64,000 bases of DNA from the NCBI GenBank assembly GCA_043228905.1, contig JBHGNT010000006.1, forward strand, positions 17,298,001 to 17,362,000, given 5' to 3'. The notes under the pieces were generated by a model. The model was not told the DNA's origin, made no database searches, and saw nothing but the letters and a program-made list of their open reading frames with translations. Position numbers and translations under genes: made by a program. Shown here in pieces: positions 62,837 to 64,000 of the stretch. This DNA is from Azolla caroliniana (lineage: Eukaryota; Plantae; Polypodiophyta). Position 1 is the first letter of the stretch, and every line of letters begins with the position of its first letter.

Positions 62837-64000
62837 ATTCTGGACCGGAGGCATTAGTAGAAGTAGAGGGCAACATAGAATTCGCTCTATGTCTCATGAC
62901 GAACATTCCGCCGCAATCGTCATAGTCGGAGTTGATGGCGTAGTTGGTGAGTTGTCGGCTGGTGGAAGCCGACTCGCGTATCTTCTTACGACATTCTTCT
63001 TTGTGGTGGCCAACTTTCCCGCAATATCCGCATTCGATTGAGGTTTGTCGGCTCGGACCGGAACGGGGGCTCCCCCTTCTTCAGAAGGTTCCCCGATGGC
63101 TTCCATCTTGTTGCCGTAATTGAGAGTCAATTTTGTAAATCGGTCCGCCTCGTCCTTGGCCAAATCGGCTTCTTCTTGCCCGGCCGCATCCTCTTGCTCC
63201 GTCCGAATGCGTGTAGAGCATTTGGCCATTCGAGGCGCCACCAGTCCGCATTGCGCCGAATCTTGGTGCAAGGCCACCGAGGCATATTTGCACCATCTCG
63301 TCATCCTCCACGTTTACGCTTATCGAGCCGAGTGAATCACAAAGCTCCTTGATCTTCAAGGTGTAGCCCGTGACGGACATATCCCTTTGTTGGATATTAT
63401 TCAACTGTTGGCGGAGTTGAAGCTTTGTCGCGGTAGTGTTGGTGGCAAAAATCTTTCGTAGATTCTCCCACGCTTCCTTCGGCGTCTTGCCTTCTCGAAT
63501 GTACCCCAGCATGTGGTCGTGAACACATGTCGCCAAGCAATACATCATTGGGCTTGCCACTTGCTCCCATGTTGCATAGTCGGCATCTTCCAGGTTGGGC
63601 CGATTTTCTTGTGCTGCTCTGATGTAGCTCCAATAGCCTTGTCCGACAAGGTATTGGTGCATCTTGTACTCCCAAGATGCAAAGTTGTTGCGATCCAACT
63701 TCTCGCTAGGGAGACCGCTCCCCATTTGAGTATTCATTGTCCATGTAGATTTCTTCCTTCTTTTCTTTTCCTTCTCTCTCGAACAAGAGCTATGTAGTCG
63801 CACTACGATAGCGATGAGCCGGTTCTTCTTGAATGTCGGCGTAGAGCACAACACACGATCACGATGAGGCGAGCTACCAAATCAGTCTGATACGATGTAA
63901 AGAATCAATGGTGATTCTTGTGTAGCGGAAGAGATGTGTGTTATGTGTATGTGTGAGAGGAAAGAGAAGAGGAGAGAAACACAAGATAGATAAGAGACAA
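62837..64000 (-). mobile_element. 5' part of Copia R (A/H family): LTR end 63896-64000, PBS 63886-63895, gag
   Basis: MNTQMGSGLPSEKLDRNNFASWEYKM, close to A gag. Minus strand ...TTCTTTACA TCGTATCAGA (decayed iMet PBS). Gag is cut by the P LTR at 62832. Confidence 0.88.

Overview
This window contains no recognisable host gene. It is a roughly 64 kb stack of nested, partly decayed retrotransposons from a eukaryote, most likely a non-seed land plant (inferred from the element types). Target-site duplications (TSDs) resolve a five-level nest at 1-23871: a Copia (A) contains a Tcn1-like chromovirus (B), which contains a second chromovirus (D), which contains two Copias (C, E), and E holds a solo LTR (F). 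The rest of the window holds two RTEX-like LINEs, three tRNA-Trp-type non-chromovirus Gypsy elements (I1, I2, P), further chromoviruses (K, L, M), a near-intact Tnt1/Tork-like Copia (Q), Copia fragments and solo LTRs. The main signals beyond routine annotation are four. (1) An antisense tRNA-like A-box/B-box module with tRNA-like spacing sits near the U3 start of four dissimilar Gypsy LTR families. (2) Two diverged Gypsy elements share a G_GAU_UUU slippery site with a predicted pseudoknot, followed by an amber stop at the same codon of the -1 frame. (3) The chromoviruses carry co-varying Tf1-type self-priming signals instead of a tRNA primer site. (4) The Trp-type elements appear to insert at CpG-centred 4-bp palindromes. 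Everything was read by eye; lineage names and novelty need database checks.
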